Below are positions 61,901 to 64,000 of a stretch of 64,000 bases of DNA, piece after piece. Each line of letters opens with the position of its first letter. Within the stretch, counting starts at the first letter, position 1. Location of the stretch: assembly GCA_965655095.1 (NCBI GenBank), contig OZ296649.1:105710001-105774000 (forward strand), given 5' to 3'. Below the pieces are notes generated by a model. The model did no database searches and was not told the origin of the DNA. It saw only the letters and a list, made by a program, of their open reading frames with translations. Origin of the DNA: Haplodiscus bocki. Lineage: Eukaryota. The translations under genes were made by a program, and so were the position numbers.

Positions 61901-64000
61901 GAACGTTCACGGCGTCGTAAATGTAACACGTGCTATCTACGCAAATCTGAAGTATCGGAAAAATGATTAGGCAGCGCTGTCGGCGCAACATTAAACGCGA
62001 GAGCGTACAACTACTATTTTGTGTAGGCCTTTTTTCCAACAGCAGTTTATAGTCGAGTGTAACAAACTTGGTTTTTCCTAGATAAAAACAAGAACGTGAC
62101 AACGCACGTGCCCTTTGTCTAGTCAAAATCAATAAAACGGAATAGACAAATTTTATCGGGAAGCCAAGAAAAAAGACCTTCGTCAAAAGTAATATTTAGT
62201 AACAAAACGCTAATCACAGAAAAAAAATTATATTCTCTGTTTGAGCTGTCCATCCCACGCCAAAGAAAAAAAATTGATTCACGAAAAAATATATCAATAT
62301 CATCCGAGCGAGAGATACAAAATTTTAGGTACGGAGATGTTCTCCCTAAAAAAACAATCCTAAATAGAAGGAATTTGAGTTCTCCAAATTGCATTGAGAA
62401 GAAGTATCCGGCTAAACTGAAAAACAAGTCAGTCTCAACGATCAAATGATTTCTTTTTTGAGACGAGAAGAGGAATCAACTAATTGTTTTGGAACATGAG
62501 AAATCGCTGGAGTCTTGTTTAGTTTTTCGAATCCTGCAATCTCGTTGAAACACATAGGCATTACAAAGTCTCCCACCGGTTGATGAGCCAAAAGATTCGA
62601 AGGTTTATTTATCTAAGGGCTAATGCACAAACGCCAGGTGTTTCTTTTGATGGAGACTCCATATTTGAAGTGCCAAACAGTTATGAAACAATATAAAAAG
62701 CAGTTTTTGTCATCATGTTTTTGGATGTTGAGGAGACAATTCAAATTTTGTAGGGTTGATGGTAGAGCTGAGAAGGACGACCCCTTGACCGGCAAATGAC
62801 AAAATGATCGCATTTTAACTCCATCCATTTTCTGCAATCTTAACCCACTTCCCTGAAAAGTGAAAGTCAATCAACTTGACATCATCTGATCAAGCGATCG
62901 TGAGAAAAATTTCTTCTGAAAGACTTCTACAATGCAGAACTTTTTCCATTTCGGAGTTGACGTAACTAGTTAGCTTTTTTTCGTCTTGTTCAACAACGCA
63001 GTCTTTTGGACTACAAAACTGGAGGAGGGTTGATTTTTTCGAGGCTGAGCATTGACGCTTTCATTAACATCTTCATTCACGAAGGGATTCATCTGTACGA
63101 CCTCAAATTGTAGGAAGCCAAAATGACCTTTAGATTACAGGAAGAAAGATTAAACTGTTCCGTTTAGAGCAAGATTGTTAGGTTTTTGTTCGGGAAGGTT
63201 TCGAGAACTGGACACAGAAGGTGAAGAATGAACATCTTCAAGGTGTTCATTGCATTTTGAGGGAAAGATAAATTTTAGTGCAAAAGAGGCAGAAGTTTGC
63301 TGGCTTAGTTTTATGCATTTTTTGTATATGTTAGTTCTTGAGGTTTCAAGAAGAGCTTTTGATATCACATCGAGTGCATTTTTTCTGCATGTTTAAGGTA
63401 TCAACTTTGTGGATAGGCCTAAAATGACGATTGAGATTTTGGAGGTTTGAGAACGCCTTTTCGCTTGAGTTGCAAATATAAATAAATGATGGCCAATTGG
63501 TCATTAAAAAAACTGTAGGATTCTCAGTCGAACAAAATTTTTTTTACAAGCTATTATCATGAAGGAAGCTCATATTTTTTTACAGAACGTTCACGGCGTC
63601 GTAAATGTAACACGTGCTATCTACGCAAATCTGAAGTATCGGAAAAATGATTAGGCAGCGCTGTCGGCGCAACATTAAACGCGAGAGCGTACAACTACTA
63701 TTTTGTGTAGGCCTTTTTTCCAACAGCAGTTTATAGTCGAGTGTAACAAACTTGGTTTTTCCTAGATAAAAACAAGAACGTGACAACGCACGTGCCCTTT
63801 GTCTAGTCAAAATCAATAAAACGGAATAGACAAATTTTATCGGGAAGCCAAGAAAAAAGACCTTCGTCAAAAGTAATATTTAGTAACAAAACGCTAATCA
63901 CAGAAAAAAAAATTATATTCTCTGTTTGAGCTGTCCATCCCACGCCAAAGAAAAAAAATTGATTCACGAAAAAATATATCAATATCATCCGAGCGAGAGA
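51790..64000 (-). repeat. Tandem array of at least 8 copies of the pPolB 5' region (unit ~1685 bp; two ~1135-bp deletion variants)
   Basis: Marker acccacttcc..aaaagtg at 52149, 53835, 55524, 56661, 57791, 59473, 61158, 62843 (spacings 1686, 1689, 1137, 1130, 1682, 1685, 1685); continues past the window end. Confidence 0.95.

Overview
AT-rich eukaryotic (probably invertebrate animal) genomic DNA dominated by mobile elements. (1) 4056-19221: a nearly full-length but pseudogenised Polinton/Maverick (adintovirus-like, with the endonuclease-VII type pPolB). It has short imperfect TIRs, a PLA2-like gene, packaging ATPase, rve integrase, minor and major jelly-roll capsid proteins, a core-like protein, adenain protease and a protein-primed PolB with N-terminal C2H2 fingers. 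Unusual features: a 128-bp flanking direct duplication instead of a 6-bp TSD; an integrase preceded by a 2A/StopGo-like leader and PHD finger, with no C-terminal chromodomain; and a ~94-nt Pol III-type hairpin gene (A box, B box, terminal stem, TTTT) near the left end resembling VA/vault RNAs. (2) 21827-32222: a ~4.5-kb-arm inverted duplication around an N gap, carrying decayed LRR-like coding remnants. (3) The last two coding exons of a host phospholipase C-like gene (32835-33433, 43740-45108); its 10.3-kb intron holds a hAT element, a Gypsy remnant and a perfect 53-bp hairpin. (4) 47755-48492: a divergent intronless ribosomal protein uS5-like pseudogene, convergent with (5) a second, more decayed Polinton pPolB (49043-~52900) whose 5' region is amplified into a tandem array of at least eight ~1.69/1.13-kb units running off the window end. 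All family assignments come from motifs recognised by eye; no searches were run.
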